64,000 nucleotides of DNA from an uncultured delta proteobacterium (GCA_963782545.1 CAWAKD010000001.1:8118-72117); one strand, 5' to 3'; shown: positions 9,012-17,707, numbered from the stretch's first letter. Translations and numbers: made by a program. The notes: generated by a model from the sequence alone, not told the origin.

Positions 9012-10790
9012 CTACCGCACATACGCCGGGCCCTGGCCGTTGCGCAGCAGATTGCCCCGGCCGGTCGGCCAGGGCAGGCATTGCGTGCCCGAACCCGGCA
9101 CAGTGTAGACGTCGATGCCGTGATCGAAGGTCAGAAGCACGATCTCCAGGTTGCCGTCGCCGTCGAGATCGGCCACCGAGGGTGCTGCCGGCACGCCGAT
9201 GCCGTTGCCGCCACCGTCGCCCTGGTTGTCGAGCGTGATGTCGTAGAGCTCTTGCCCGGTATTGTCGAGCACCACCAGGCGGCCTCCGTTCTTCTGTAGC
9301 GAGTAGGTGCCGAACACGATCTCGGGCACACCGTCCCGATTGAGATCGACGACCACCGGCTCGGAGGCAAAGGTCTTGGGGGCGCCCTTGGCGAAGTCGT
9401 AGCGCCAGAGCAGCTGCGCGTCCGGACCGAACGCGTAGACGGCGCCGTCATTGATGGTCGCGACGATCTCGGGACGGCTGTCCCCCAGGATGTTCGCGAT
9501 GGCGGGCGCGGGCACGCCATCGGGCGGATACCAGTCGCCCGAGGCACGCACCGCCGGCTGCGACGACATGGGCAGGGTCTCCCAGCCCGGCATCCGCATC
9601 GCGCTGCGCGAGCCGTCGCCGTAGGCGCCCTGCAAGACCATGAAGGCGTAGCCTTGGGTCACGTAGGGATAGCCCATCTCGGCGTTGGGAATGCCGATGA
9701 CCTCGTTTTCGCCGTCGCCGTCGATGTCGGCCACCGAGGGCGGCGAGGCCGTCCATTGCAGCCACATCGTCTTCTTGATGTCGGGCCAGTCGCCGGTGTG
9801 CAGGTGGTAGTGGTTGTCCTCGACCACCGGATCGACCCAGCGGATGAACTGGCCCCAGTCGAGCGGATTGCCGAGGTACTCCTGCGCGCGGTTGGTGAAA
9901 TACGACGAGGCCAGGATCGAGGTGCCGTCGGGCTTGAACGCGTTGATCTGGTGATTGTCGTAGGTGACGATGATCTCTTGCTGGGCATCGTCGTCGATGT
10001 TGCCGATGCCGACGTTGAGCCCGTAGCAACCGTAGCCGGTCTGGCCAGGCCCGTTGGTGTCCGTGTCGCCCCCCACCCCGGCGCGCGTGTTGTAGCGCGG
10101 CCAGGCTGGCCAGCTGGTGTTCGCCGGCTGGTAGAGCTGCCCGTTCGGCGAGAACACGAAGACCTGCGAACCGGTGTCTGAGGTGTTGGTGGTCGTCACC
10201 ACGACCTCGATCTTGCCGTCGCCGTCGAGATCCGCCGCCGCCATGCCGCGGCCCTCGGGCGACTCCCCGCCGCTGGTCGTCGAGGCCGGCCAGCCCGGCT
10301 TGATGGCCAGGGCGCCGTTCCTCCACTCGTAGGCGGCGACCGTGCCGCCGCCGCCAGCCGTGACGATGTCCATCACGCCGTCGCCGTCCAAATCGGCGAC
10401 CACCGCCGGCGCGTAGATGCGGTCCTGGGTGTACGCGCCCTCCTTGATGGTCGACAGCAGGTTGCCCGAGCTGTCGAACACGAACAGGCTGTAGAAGGGC
10501 GCGACGATCTCCTTCTTGCCGTCGCCGTCGAGATCCACCAGCCCCGGCGACGAGAACCAGCCGGTCTCGGCCCACGACTTGTCGCCCGTCATCGTGCGCA
10601 CGTACACCGGGCGGGCGACGGGCGCGCTGCCGCCTTCCGAAATACAGACCGGGGTCGGCGCCACGCTGCCATCGGGGTAGACGATGTCGGGCCCCGGTTC
10701 CGAGCCCGCCGACTTGGACGAGCAGGCGCCAACCATGGCCGAGAGCGAAAACGCCCCCAGAAGCGTGACCTTCACGGTGTTGGTCATCAT
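9012..10790 (-). CDS. FG-GAP/VCBS-repeat (integrin-alpha-like beta-propeller) lipoprotein
   Basis: Signal with lipobox ...SAMVGAC. Repeated calcium-loop motifs: DLDGDGKKEIV, DLDGDGVMDIV, DLDGDGKIEVV, DIDGDGENEVI, DLNRDGVPEIV, DLDGDGNLEIV. Confidence 0.8.
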   Translation of the reverse strand: MMTNTVKVTLLGAFSLSAMVGACSSKSAGSEPGPDIVYPDGSVAPTPVCISEGGSAPVARPVYVRTMTGDKSWAETGWFSSPGLVDLDGDGKKEIVAPFYSLFVFDSSGNLLSTIKEGAYTQDRIYAPAVVADLDGDGVMDIVTAGGGGTVAAYEWRNGALAIKPGWPASTTSGGESPEGRGMAAADLDGDGKIEVVVTTTNTSDTGSQVFVFSPNGQLYQPANTSWPAWPRYNTRAGVGGDTDTNGPGQTGYGCYGLNVGIGNIDDDAQQEIIVTYDNHQINAFKPDGTSILASSYFTNRAQEYLGNPLDWGQFIRWVDPVVEDNHYHLHTGDWPDIKKTMWLQWTASPPSVADIDGDGENEVIGIPNAEMGYPYVTQGYAFMVLQGAYGDGSRSAMRMPGWETLPMSSQPAVRASGDWYPPDGVPAPAIANILGDSRPEIVATINDGAVYAFGPDAQLLWRYDFAKGAPKTFASEPVVVDLNRDGVPEIVFGTYSLQKNGGRLVVLDNTGQELYDITLDNQGDGGGNGIGVPAAPSVADLDGDGNLEIVLLTFDHGIDVYTVPGSGTQCLPWPTGRGNLLRNGQGPAYVR

Positions 10791-11024
10791 GCCCTCCCTT
10801 GGCCCGCGCGGCGCGGGGTTCTGCGATCGTACACCCTCCGCTGGCGATGGGTCTAACGCTAGGTCTGCGCCGCGTCGGCGCTGCTTGCGGCATGGGACTA
10901 TCCCCTCTATCTCCGGGGCCGCGCGAAGTGAGCGGAAATTTGGCCAAGACGGGGCAATGTGTGACGGTGGCGTAGCAGTCTCGGCGCGGTGTTCGGGACA
11001 TACTGGTCAGGAAAGGAAGCAGGC

Positions 11025-12314
11025 ATGGCAGTCAATACGAAGAAGGTTCTCAGCGTCATCTTGGGCGGCGGCGCGGGCACCCGATTGTTTCCGCTCACCA
11101 AAGATCGGGCCAAGCCCGCGGTGCCGCTGGCCGGCAAGTACCGCCTGGTCGACATCCCCATTTCCAACTGTATCAACTCCGACCTCCGCAACATCTACGT
11201 GCTCACGCAGTTCCAGTCCGCCTCCATGCACCGGCACATCTCGGGGTCCTACAAATTCGATCCATTCACGGGCGGCTTCGTCGAGATTCTGGCGGCGCAA
11301 CAGACCTATTCCGATGCCTCGTGGTGGCAGGGCACGGCGGACGCGGTTCGCAAGAATATGATGCACTTCCTGACCCACGACCCGGAGTACTTCCTGATCC
11401 TCAGCGGCGACCAGCTGTACCGCATGGACTTCCGCGACATCCTGCAACAGCACCGGGACACCGGCGCCGAGATCACCATCGCCACCATCCCGGTCATCCG
11501 GCGCGACGTCAGCTCTCTCGGTATCATGCAAATGGACGTGAATCGCCGAATCCATCGCTTCGTCGAGAAGCCCAAGGAGGAGGCGCTGATGGACACTCTG
11601 CGTTTGCCGCGTGACTGGTATGGGCAGCTGGGCCTCGTCAGCGACGACGATCTATTCCTTGCCTCCATGGGCATCTACGTTTTCAACCGCGATGTGCTCT
11701 TGCAGGTGCTGGACAACGACCAACCGGATTTCGGCAAGAACATCATTCCTAGCGCCATCGCCTCGCGGTCCGTATTCTCGTACGTGTTCCAGGGCTATTG
11801 GGAGGACATCGGAACCATTCGCGCTTTCTTCGAGGCCCACCTGGACCTGGCCGCCGAACAACCTCGCTTCAGCTTCTTCGACATGTCGGCGCCCATCTTC
11901 ACCCGCCCGCGCTGGTTGCCCGGCTCGAAGATCAACGGCGGCACCCTGGACCACGCCATGTTGTGCGACGGTTGCATCGTCAACGGCGCGCACATCGAAA
12001 ATTCCGTGATCGGTATTCGCAGCATCATCGGCATCGGCGCCAAGATCGCACGCACCGTGATCATGGGGTGCGACTACTACGAGTCGATGGAATCCATCCA
12101 ATCCCACGAAGCGCAGGGCCTGCCTCGCATAGGCATCGGCAAGAACGCGCGCATCGAAAATGCCATCATCGACAAGAACGCTCGCATCGGCGACGAGGTC
12201 GTGATTTCGCCCGCAGGCAAGGCCACAAATGTGGATCACCCGCTGTACTACATCCGCGACGGCATCGTGGTCATTCCCAAGAACGCCACCATCCCGTCCG
12301 GAACCGTCATCTAG
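11025..12314 (+). CDS. glgC: Glucose-1-phosphate adenylyltransferase
   Basis: MAVNTKKVLSVILGGGAGTRLFPLTKDRAKPAVPLAGKYRLVDIPISNCINS... is the canonical GlgC N-terminus, and the left-handed beta-helix C-terminus is full length. A GGAAAGGAAG purine tract precedes ATG 11025. Confidence 0.95.
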   Translation: MAVNTKKVLSVILGGGAGTRLFPLTKDRAKPAVPLAGKYRLVDIPISNCINSDLRNIYVLTQFQSASMHRHISGSYKFDPFTGGFVEILAAQQTYSDASWWQGTADAVRKNMMHFLTHDPEYFLILSGDQLYRMDFRDILQQHRDTGAEITIATIPVIRRDVSSLGIMQMDVNRRIHRFVEKPKEEALMDTLRLPRDWYGQLGLVSDDDLFLASMGIYVFNRDVLLQVLDNDQPDFGKNIIPSAIASRSVFSYVFQGYWEDIGTIRAFFEAHLDLAAEQPRFSFFDMSAPIFTRPRWLPGSKINGGTLDHAMLCDGCIVNGAHIENSVIGIRSIIGIGAKIARTVIMGCDYYESMESIQSHEAQGLPRIGIGKNARIENAIIDKNARIGDEVVISPAGKATNVDHPLYYIRDGIVVIPKNATIPSGTVI

Positions 12315-12356
12315 CAGACCTGGAACGTCCCACCCAATACTAGCTTGAGGCCATTC
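12188..12356. repeat. Direct repeat copy A (169 bp): glgC 3' end plus downstream 42 bp; partner at 17539-17707
   Basis: Gap-free alignment to 17539-17707 at a constant offset of 5351 nt. I count 9 mismatches: 12192, 12209, 12215, 12240, 12260, 12296, 12322, 12340, 12341. Confidence 0.9.
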
Positions 12357-12423
12357 TGGTGGATGCGGGCGCTGGCGCGACTTTCCTCATGTCGCTGGCG
12401 TTACCGCCTTTCGGAAACGCTGC

Positions 12424-13942
12424 ATGTCCAAAGATCCTGACAAGAAGACTGAATCCGTCTCCAACGAAGAGCAGCTGCGAAAGCGCCTCAAGACGCTTTC
12501 GCGGCAAAGAACCTGGATGTTCGTCGGCGGCCTGCTCGCCGCGGCTTCGAGCGCAGGTCGCTTCATGGGATGGGTGTCTCCCGATTGGCATGTTCTGCCG
12601 AATTGGTTCGGGCTGATGGCAGCGGTGCTCGGCATTGTGGGAGCCCTGTACCTATCGCCCAAAATCGAGGAGTTGATACGCCAGCTTCCGCCACCCGCCG
12701 TTGTGGGGCGCGCCGCCGAGCGGCGGCGCGGGCCCTCCGACGCTCGCTTCGGCCGGCTCCGCGCCAGGGCCCGCAGGCTGCTGCCGACCTGGCGGGCCCG
12801 CATTCTTGCCGGGGCCCTGCTGGTCGGCGTTACCCTCGCCGTTTACCTCGCTGTGTCGTCACACTTGATCTTCCAGAGCCGTCTCACCACGTGCGAGGAT
12901 CGGTACAGGGAAAAGGGAACGCGGCTCTCGCCCGCCGCGCACAATCGATGCGCCCACGAGGTGGCAAAGCTCTGGTCGATGCCAGAATACTGCGACGCCT
13001 TCCAGTCCACAAAGAGCGGCGCCACGCGCGCAGATTTGCGAGCCCGCTGCCGGAGCGACGTGGCCGAGCAACTGGGCAACCTGGAGCTCTGCAAGAAGAG
13101 TGGCGATGCGTCTGAGACCGAGCGTTGCCTCCGCACGCTCGCCCTGCGGGCCGAGGATGCATCGCTTTGTGCACGGATCCCGGACGAAGAGAGCGCCGAG
13201 CTGTGTTTGGCCGAGCTCGCCGTCGGGGCGATGCGGAGCGACCTGTGTCTGCGGGTCGAAGACGAGAGCAGGCGAGGTCGTTGCATCAAGGAGATCGTCG
13301 GAAACGGGGGCGACCTAGCCCAGTGTGCGTCCATACGTGAGCCGCAGGAGCGCGATGCGTGCTATCTCGGCGCCGGCGCGGCCAATCCTGGCGCATGCCG
13401 GAAGATCTCCCCGGACCGGCGCGCGGAGTGTCTCAAACGGTATCCCGTGGCGCTCGACGACCTCGACGCCGCATGCGAGGGGCAGGCCCAGTGTCTCGCT
13501 GCGCTCGGCAGCGCCACCGCGAGTACTGCGCCGTGTGAGCTCATCTCGGATGCCGAGGCCTCGCTCCGGGTGCAGTGCTTCGAGGCGGCATTCGAGCTAC
13601 GCCCGTGGACCCGGGACTCCGAGTGTGCACGACTACGCCTGCCAAAGCTTCGCGACGACTGCTTCTCCGGCCTGGGACGCCAGGTCGGGCACGCGGGAGC
13701 ATGTCTTCGAGGTGCTCGACCCGGTGATGCGCAAGGAGTGCGTGCGCGCCGCCGGAAAGAGCGACGCCAGCCGCTGCCTGGCCCTCGGCGACGCGGCGGA
13801 CGCGACCAGCTGTGTCTCGGAGTCGGATCTGGCGAAAACGATCGACCCCAGCGTTTGCAGGCTTCTGCCAAAGCCCAGGCGGAAGGCATGCGCGCAACAG
13901 GTGGCCAGCAACCTCGAGGAGGAGGTGGGCAATGCCCGCTGA
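12424..13942 (+). pseudogene. Membrane-anchored Cys-repeat protein (unnamed repeat family); frame broken near 13700
   Basis: Three TM helices followed by many C-x(9-13)-C units. ORF 12424..13980 loses the repeat pattern after ...GRQVGHAGAC. ORF 13325..13942 in the next frame restores it (FEVLDPVMRKECVRAAGKSDASRCLALGD...). This may be a sequencing indel. Confidence 0.5.
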
Positions 13943-14975
13943 TGCCGGGAAGCGGAGGGGCCACCGCGGCCCCTCCTTGACGATCGCCCTCGTGGTCATG
14001 GCCACCGCGTGCTCGGGCAGGATGTCCCGCAAGGAGGCGCTCGGTCTGTTCTTCGAATGCAAGGCGGCCGGCGAGTCGCGGCGGGGCGAGTGTTTTGTGA
14101 GGCGAGGTAGCGTGGCTGCTTGCCGGCGCGCCGCGACCGTCATGTCGAGCCCCGAGTGTTTCAGTGCGGTTGCGGCGGAGGAGAAGAAGGCGGAGATCTG
14201 TGCCGAGATTGCGAGCTTCCAGGATCGGGTCGATTGCGTGAAGGGCGTTGCGGAGAAGTCGGCGGATGCGACGGTTTGCGCTCACATCGAAGCGCCCCGG
14301 TACCGAGACGAATGCGTGGACATGGTCGCCGGGCAACGGGCCACGGACGTATCGGTTTGCGACCTCATCGGGAATGCCTTCCGTCGGGACACCTGTCGCG
14401 AGAAGCACAACGACTACTTCCGCGGCGCGGCCTGTCCTCACATCGAGGACACCAACCGGCGGGACGCCTGCTACCTTGCCGTGGTCAAATCCTACAAGGG
14501 CTCGGTCGACCTATGCGACAAGATCGTCGGGCGTAAGGCAGAATGCCTGCTGGACTTTGCGCTGGAACACCCCGAGGTGTGCGAGCGGCTTGGCTCTGGT
14601 CCAGGCTCGATTCCCAGGGCCGTCTGCTACGAGGCCGCGTTTGGCGTTTCATCGGGTCGCACGTCGTGTGCCGGCATCGCGGAGCGGGCGCAAATCCTGG
14701 AATGTGAGGCACGGCTTGCCGTTCGAGCGAACGACAGCGCGACCTGCACCGCCATGCTGACCAGCGACGATGCGGACGACTGTTGGAATGCAATCGCCCG
14801 CGCAGACGGTGCTGCCTGCCTCAAGATCCGGCAGCCTGATTTCCAGCGCCAGTGCTTGCGAAGATACTGGAGCCAGGCGCACGACGCGCGAATCTGCTCG
14901 TCCCTGGCGCCGGCCTCGCTGGCAAAGGCCTGTACCATGCACTTTCGTCGCAAGGCCGGCAGACCGGGGCGGTAG
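13932..14975 (+). CDS. Secreted Cys-repeat protein, paralog of 12424..13942
   Basis: GGAGGTGGGCA precedes ATG 13932, and the gene overlaps the upstream stop by 11 nt. Signal ...SLTIALVVMATACSG. It has the same repeat unit (..RDECVDMV.., ..RDTCREKH.., ..RDACYLAV.., ..QRQCLRRY..). Confidence 0.6.
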   Translation: MPADAGKRRGHRGPSLTIALVVMATACSGRMSRKEALGLFFECKAAGESRRGECFVRRGSVAACRRAATVMSSPECFSAVAAEEKKAEICAEIASFQDRVDCVKGVAEKSADATVCAHIEAPRYRDECVDMVAGQRATDVSVCDLIGNAFRRDTCREKHNDYFRGAACPHIEDTNRRDACYLAVVKSYKGSVDLCDKIVGRKAECLLDFALEHPEVCERLGSGPGSIPRAVCYEAAFGVSSGRTSCAGIAERAQILECEARLAVRANDSATCTAMLTSDDADDCWNAIARADGAACLKIRQPDFQRQCLRRYWSQAHDARICSSLAPASLAKACTMHFRRKAGRPGR

Positions 14976-15108
14976 GTGGCCGTCTCGTCGGATTGTCTCC
15001 AATGAGATCACCCAGTCGTCGTCCAAGCAGCACGCCAGAAGGCCAAGTCGTCCATCCTACTTGCCTGCTTGAGGGCGATCTTATAGCTTGGCAGGTGGCA
15101 GGGGATGT

Positions 15109-15615
15109 ATGCCTAGGAAACCGTCGATCAACGGGATGGTTCTCGTGCTCGCGTTTGTGGCCAGCGCGTGCGGGCCGGGCGGCAACAACTGTACGTGCGG
15201 CGTGCCGGACGGGAGCACGGGCGGAGGTGTCGACTTCGCGGGATCGTATGCCGGTGTGCTTAGGCAATCGGATGAGTCATGCCAATATATGTTGGGGTCT
15301 CTCGGGTACGACTCCAACGCCGTGATGACGTTGAGCATGCCGAACTCGACGGAAGTCGATATCGTCAGCATTACCTGGTGTCCCGTTCACGGCTCGCCCT
15401 CGTACAACAAGGTCAATATTCAACCGGTCGTCTGCCCGACGATCACGGACGCAAGCGGTACGAGCGTCATCGAGTTTACGGGGGGAGATCTGACCTTGGA
15501 CGATGCCACGACGCTGCAGGTTCATCTTTATAGGAAGGCGCAATACTATCCGGTGGCCGGGACGCCCCTAACTGATTGCACGTCCGGCCTTTCCGGAACC
15601 CTCAAGAAACAGTGA
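15109..15615 (+). CDS. Hypothetical lipoprotein
   Basis: MPRKPSINGMVLVLAFVASACGPGG signal with Cys. High GC3. No recognisable family. Confidence 0.55.
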   Translation: MPRKPSINGMVLVLAFVASACGPGGNNCTCGVPDGSTGGGVDFAGSYAGVLRQSDESCQYMLGSLGYDSNAVMTLSMPNSTEVDIVSITWCPVHGSPSYNKVNIQPVVCPTITDASGTSVIEFTGGDLTLDDATTLQVHLYRKAQYYPVAGTPLTDCTSGLSGTLKKQ

Positions 15616-15795
15616 GCCGCGCGATTCGTGGCCATAGGCTCCACAAGCGCCACTTTTCCTTCATCGAATCGCATCCACGACATGTCCGATGTCAGAGCCG
15701 TCGTGTACTCCTTGCCACTCAGAAAAGCCATGGCGGCGTTGATCTGCAAAGGCGACGTGGACGCTGTGTTGACGCCACCAGGAGGTATCGCCTGA

Positions 15796-16203
15796 ATGAG
15801 AGTCCTGATTGCAGCGCTCCTGGCTGTTTTGGTGTGGCCCGCGTTGGCAATCGCCTGTCGATGTAATGAGCCTACGATGAGCCAGGCCTACGCGCGTGCC
15901 GATGCGGTGGCCATGGTTAGCATTGAGGCGATTTCGCAGCTACCAGGCGATATCACTTGCGCAAAGGGCGTGGTGACCCAATCGTGGAAGTCTACTCTGC
16001 CAGAGTCGCTTACCATCTTCACCGGCGAGGATTGCAGCTATAGGCTCAACAAGGGCGGCACCTACTTGCTGTACCTCAAGCGCAACAAAGATGGGGAGTT
16101 TGGAACCTACCGATGCCGGGGCAACAAGAGCGAAGCGGAGTCCGCGGCGCCAGTTCGATGGCTCAATCGCCATGGGAAGCGTACGAACCACCGAACGAAG
16201 TAG
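15796..16203 (+). CDS. Small secreted protein with TIMP/NTR-like features (mature N-terminus C-x-C)
   Basis: AGGAGG lies 8 nt upstream of ATG. Signal MRVLIAALLAVLVWPALAIA is followed directly by CRCNEPTMSQAYARADAVAMVSIEAI, and later by ...EDCSYRLNKGGTYLLYLKRNKDGEFGTYRCRG. The gene call is solid; the TIMP-like assignment is by pattern only. Confidence 0.6.
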   Translation: MRVLIAALLAVLVWPALAIACRCNEPTMSQAYARADAVAMVSIEAISQLPGDITCAKGVVTQSWKSTLPESLTIFTGEDCSYRLNKGGTYLLYLKRNKDGEFGTYRCRGNKSEAESAAPVRWLNRHGKRTNHRTK

Positions 16204-16540
16204 GTTGGAAATCAGGCTCTCGCCGCTTGCGGGCGAGCGGGGCCGCGCGCGGCAATGGCCATGGCGTCTTGCTTTTCTGGATCCTTCGCCAGACCGACGA
16301 CGGCGTCCGACAGGCCCTCGGCGCAGGCCGCGGCTTGGTGGCGCGCTGCTGTCCTCACCCGGACACCGAAGGCGACGCCGAAGGCAATATGCCTTACACA
16401 CACGTTCCACCCCAATTGCCCCTGCCGGTTTCCCGTGGTCTGGTGAACGAACCGTCCATTCACGACAGCCAACCCGCCCGCCAGACCCGCCTCGGCAGCA
16501 TGCGTGACGGCTCAAATCGATTACGGACGGCCGAAGGTCG

Positions 16541-16960
16541 CTAGCCGGTCTCGCCAATCCGCTGGCGGATGGCCGCCACGAATGCCTCGAAATCTGGAAG
16601 GTGGTGGTCGAGCACGTCGAGCACGACGCTGACATCGACTTCGGCGTAGCCGTGGACGAGCACGTTTCGGAAGCCGCCCATGTCGCGCAGAACACCTACC
16701 AGGGGAGGCGCAAGCCATCCGTGCCGGCCCAGCAAGTCGAACAGCTCACGATTCGTGCGAGGCTCGCCCAGCCGGTTGTCCGACACGATGTGGGAAGCGA
16801 CGTCCAGCGCTGCCTGGATGGCGATCTGCAGGGTGTGCTCCACGAAGCGGAGCTCGCGCACGTCCGCGGACAGACGATCGGGCCGTGCCTGCTGCCGCAG
16901 GTCGCGCAGGCAGGTTTCGATGAATGCCACCTTCTTGGCGATGAGGTCCTGATCCGTCAC
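16541..16960 (-). CDS. hepT: HepT (DUF86) toxin of a type VII toxin-antitoxin pair
   Basis: R-x4-H-x-Y motif in GGFRNVLVHGYAEVD. GTG 16960 overlaps the stop of the upstream mntA by 4 nt (GTGA). Confidence 0.85.
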   Translation of the reverse strand: MTDQDLIAKKVAFIETCLRDLRQQARPDRLSADVRELRFVEHTLQIAIQAALDVASHIVSDNRLGEPRTNRELFDLLGRHGWLAPPLVGVLRDMGGFRNVLVHGYAEVDVSVVLDVLDHHLPDFEAFVAAIRQRIGETG

Positions 16961-17394
16961 GCGGCACGCTCCCCTGGTGGTCTTCGATAGCGCCGCAGCA
17001 TCGGCAGGACGTCGAAGTACTCGTTGCGCGCCTTCACCTCGAAGCGGATGCGCGCGGACCGATTGTTCTCGATGACCAGCAAGCCATCGCGCAGAACGCG
17101 ATGGACCAGATCCGGCGGCTGATGGTCGAGCACCACCAGATCGACCCGACGGCCGAGGCGTTCTTCGAGGTCGCCGGCCAGGGCGAGCTTGAGCCCTGCC
17201 AGACCTGGGTCCACCGGCTTGCCACAAAGGACCGCCACATCCACATCGCTGTCCGCACTGGCTTCGCCGCGCGCCATACTGCCGAACAGGTAGACGGCGG
17301 CTGCGTCCTCGTTCCTCGCCGCGAACACGTGCGCGATTTCCCCTGCTAGTCGGTCTCGATCCACGCAGATAGTGTACCCCACATCGTCCGTCAC
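16957..17394 (-). CDS. mntA: MntA-type nucleotidyltransferase antitoxin
   Basis: YLFGSMARGEASADSDVDVAVL matches G-S-x9-11-D-x-D of minimal nucleotidyltransferases. It lies immediately upstream of and overlaps hepT. Confidence 0.85.
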   Translation of the reverse strand: MTDDVGYTICVDRDRLAGEIAHVFAARNEDAAAVYLFGSMARGEASADSDVDVAVLCGKPVDPGLAGLKLALAGDLEERLGRRVDLVVLDHQPPDLVHRVLRDGLLVIENNRSARIRFEVKARNEYFDVLPMLRRYRRPPGERAA

Positions 17395-17441
17395 GGTTGT
17401 GTTTGCCGATCCCCGACCGGTAGATCAGTGTGAGCCGCAAT

Positions 17442-17456
17442 GTCCGGAATCCGGAC
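17442..17456. promoter_or_regulatory. Perfect 7-1-7 palindrome GTCCGGA-A-TCCGGAC upstream of mntA-hepT (candidate operator)
   Basis: Read directly from the sequence, 48-62 nt upstream of the mntA start codon. Toxin-antitoxin operons are commonly autoregulated through palindromes. Function is not demonstrated. Confidence 0.3.
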
Positions 17457-17475
17457 GCGGCTCCTTCTGCCTACC

Positions 17476-17508
17476 AACTCCAGGCGTACCCAAACTCCAG
17501 GCGTACCC
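17476..17508. repeat. Tandem 17-bp direct repeat (AACTCCAGGCGTACCC x2)
   Basis: AACTCCAGGCGTACCCA followed by AACTCCAGGCGTACCC, read directly. It sits 30 nt inside the right junction of the 12188-17707 segment. Confidence 0.6.
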
Positions 17509-17538
17509 GAGGCAGAGCCGACTGAACACGAATGATAG

Positions 17539-17707
17539 AGGCAACGAGGTCGTGATTTCTCCCGCTGGCAAGGCCACAAATGTGGATCACGCGCTGTACT
17601 ACATCCGCGATGGCATCGTGGTCATTCCCAAGAACGCCACCATCCCTTCCGGAACCGTCATCTAGCAGACCTAGAACGTCCCACCCAATAACAGCTTGAG
17701 GCCATTC
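17539..17707. repeat. Direct repeat copy B (169 bp); partner at 12188-12356
   Basis: See copy A. It contains an orphan glgC tail and the stop codon of the convergent gene 17671..18360. Confidence 0.9.
17543..17665 (+). pseudogene. Orphan 3' fragment of glgC (last ~40 codons)
   Basis: Translates to NEVVISPAGKATNVDHALYYIRDGIVVIPKNATIPSGTVI*, against glgC DEVVISPAGKATNVDHPLYYIRDGIVVIPKNATIPSGTVI*. No upstream glgC body is present. Confidence 0.85.

Noticed and set aside
15546-15749. 67-aa minus-strand ORF in the gap between 15109..15615 and 15796..16203.
   Set aside because: It overlaps the 3' end of the plus-strand lipoprotein gene by about 70 nt. It has no ribosome-binding site or family motif and only marginal coding bias.
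16204-16540. 337-nt gap between the TIMP-like gene and hepT, containing ORF 16212..16472(-) and a CTCGCCGC..GCGGGCGAG hairpin.
   Set aside because: The ORF has no recognisable motif and may be a relic. The hairpin has a bulge and no T-tract. This is noted only as possible gene debris.
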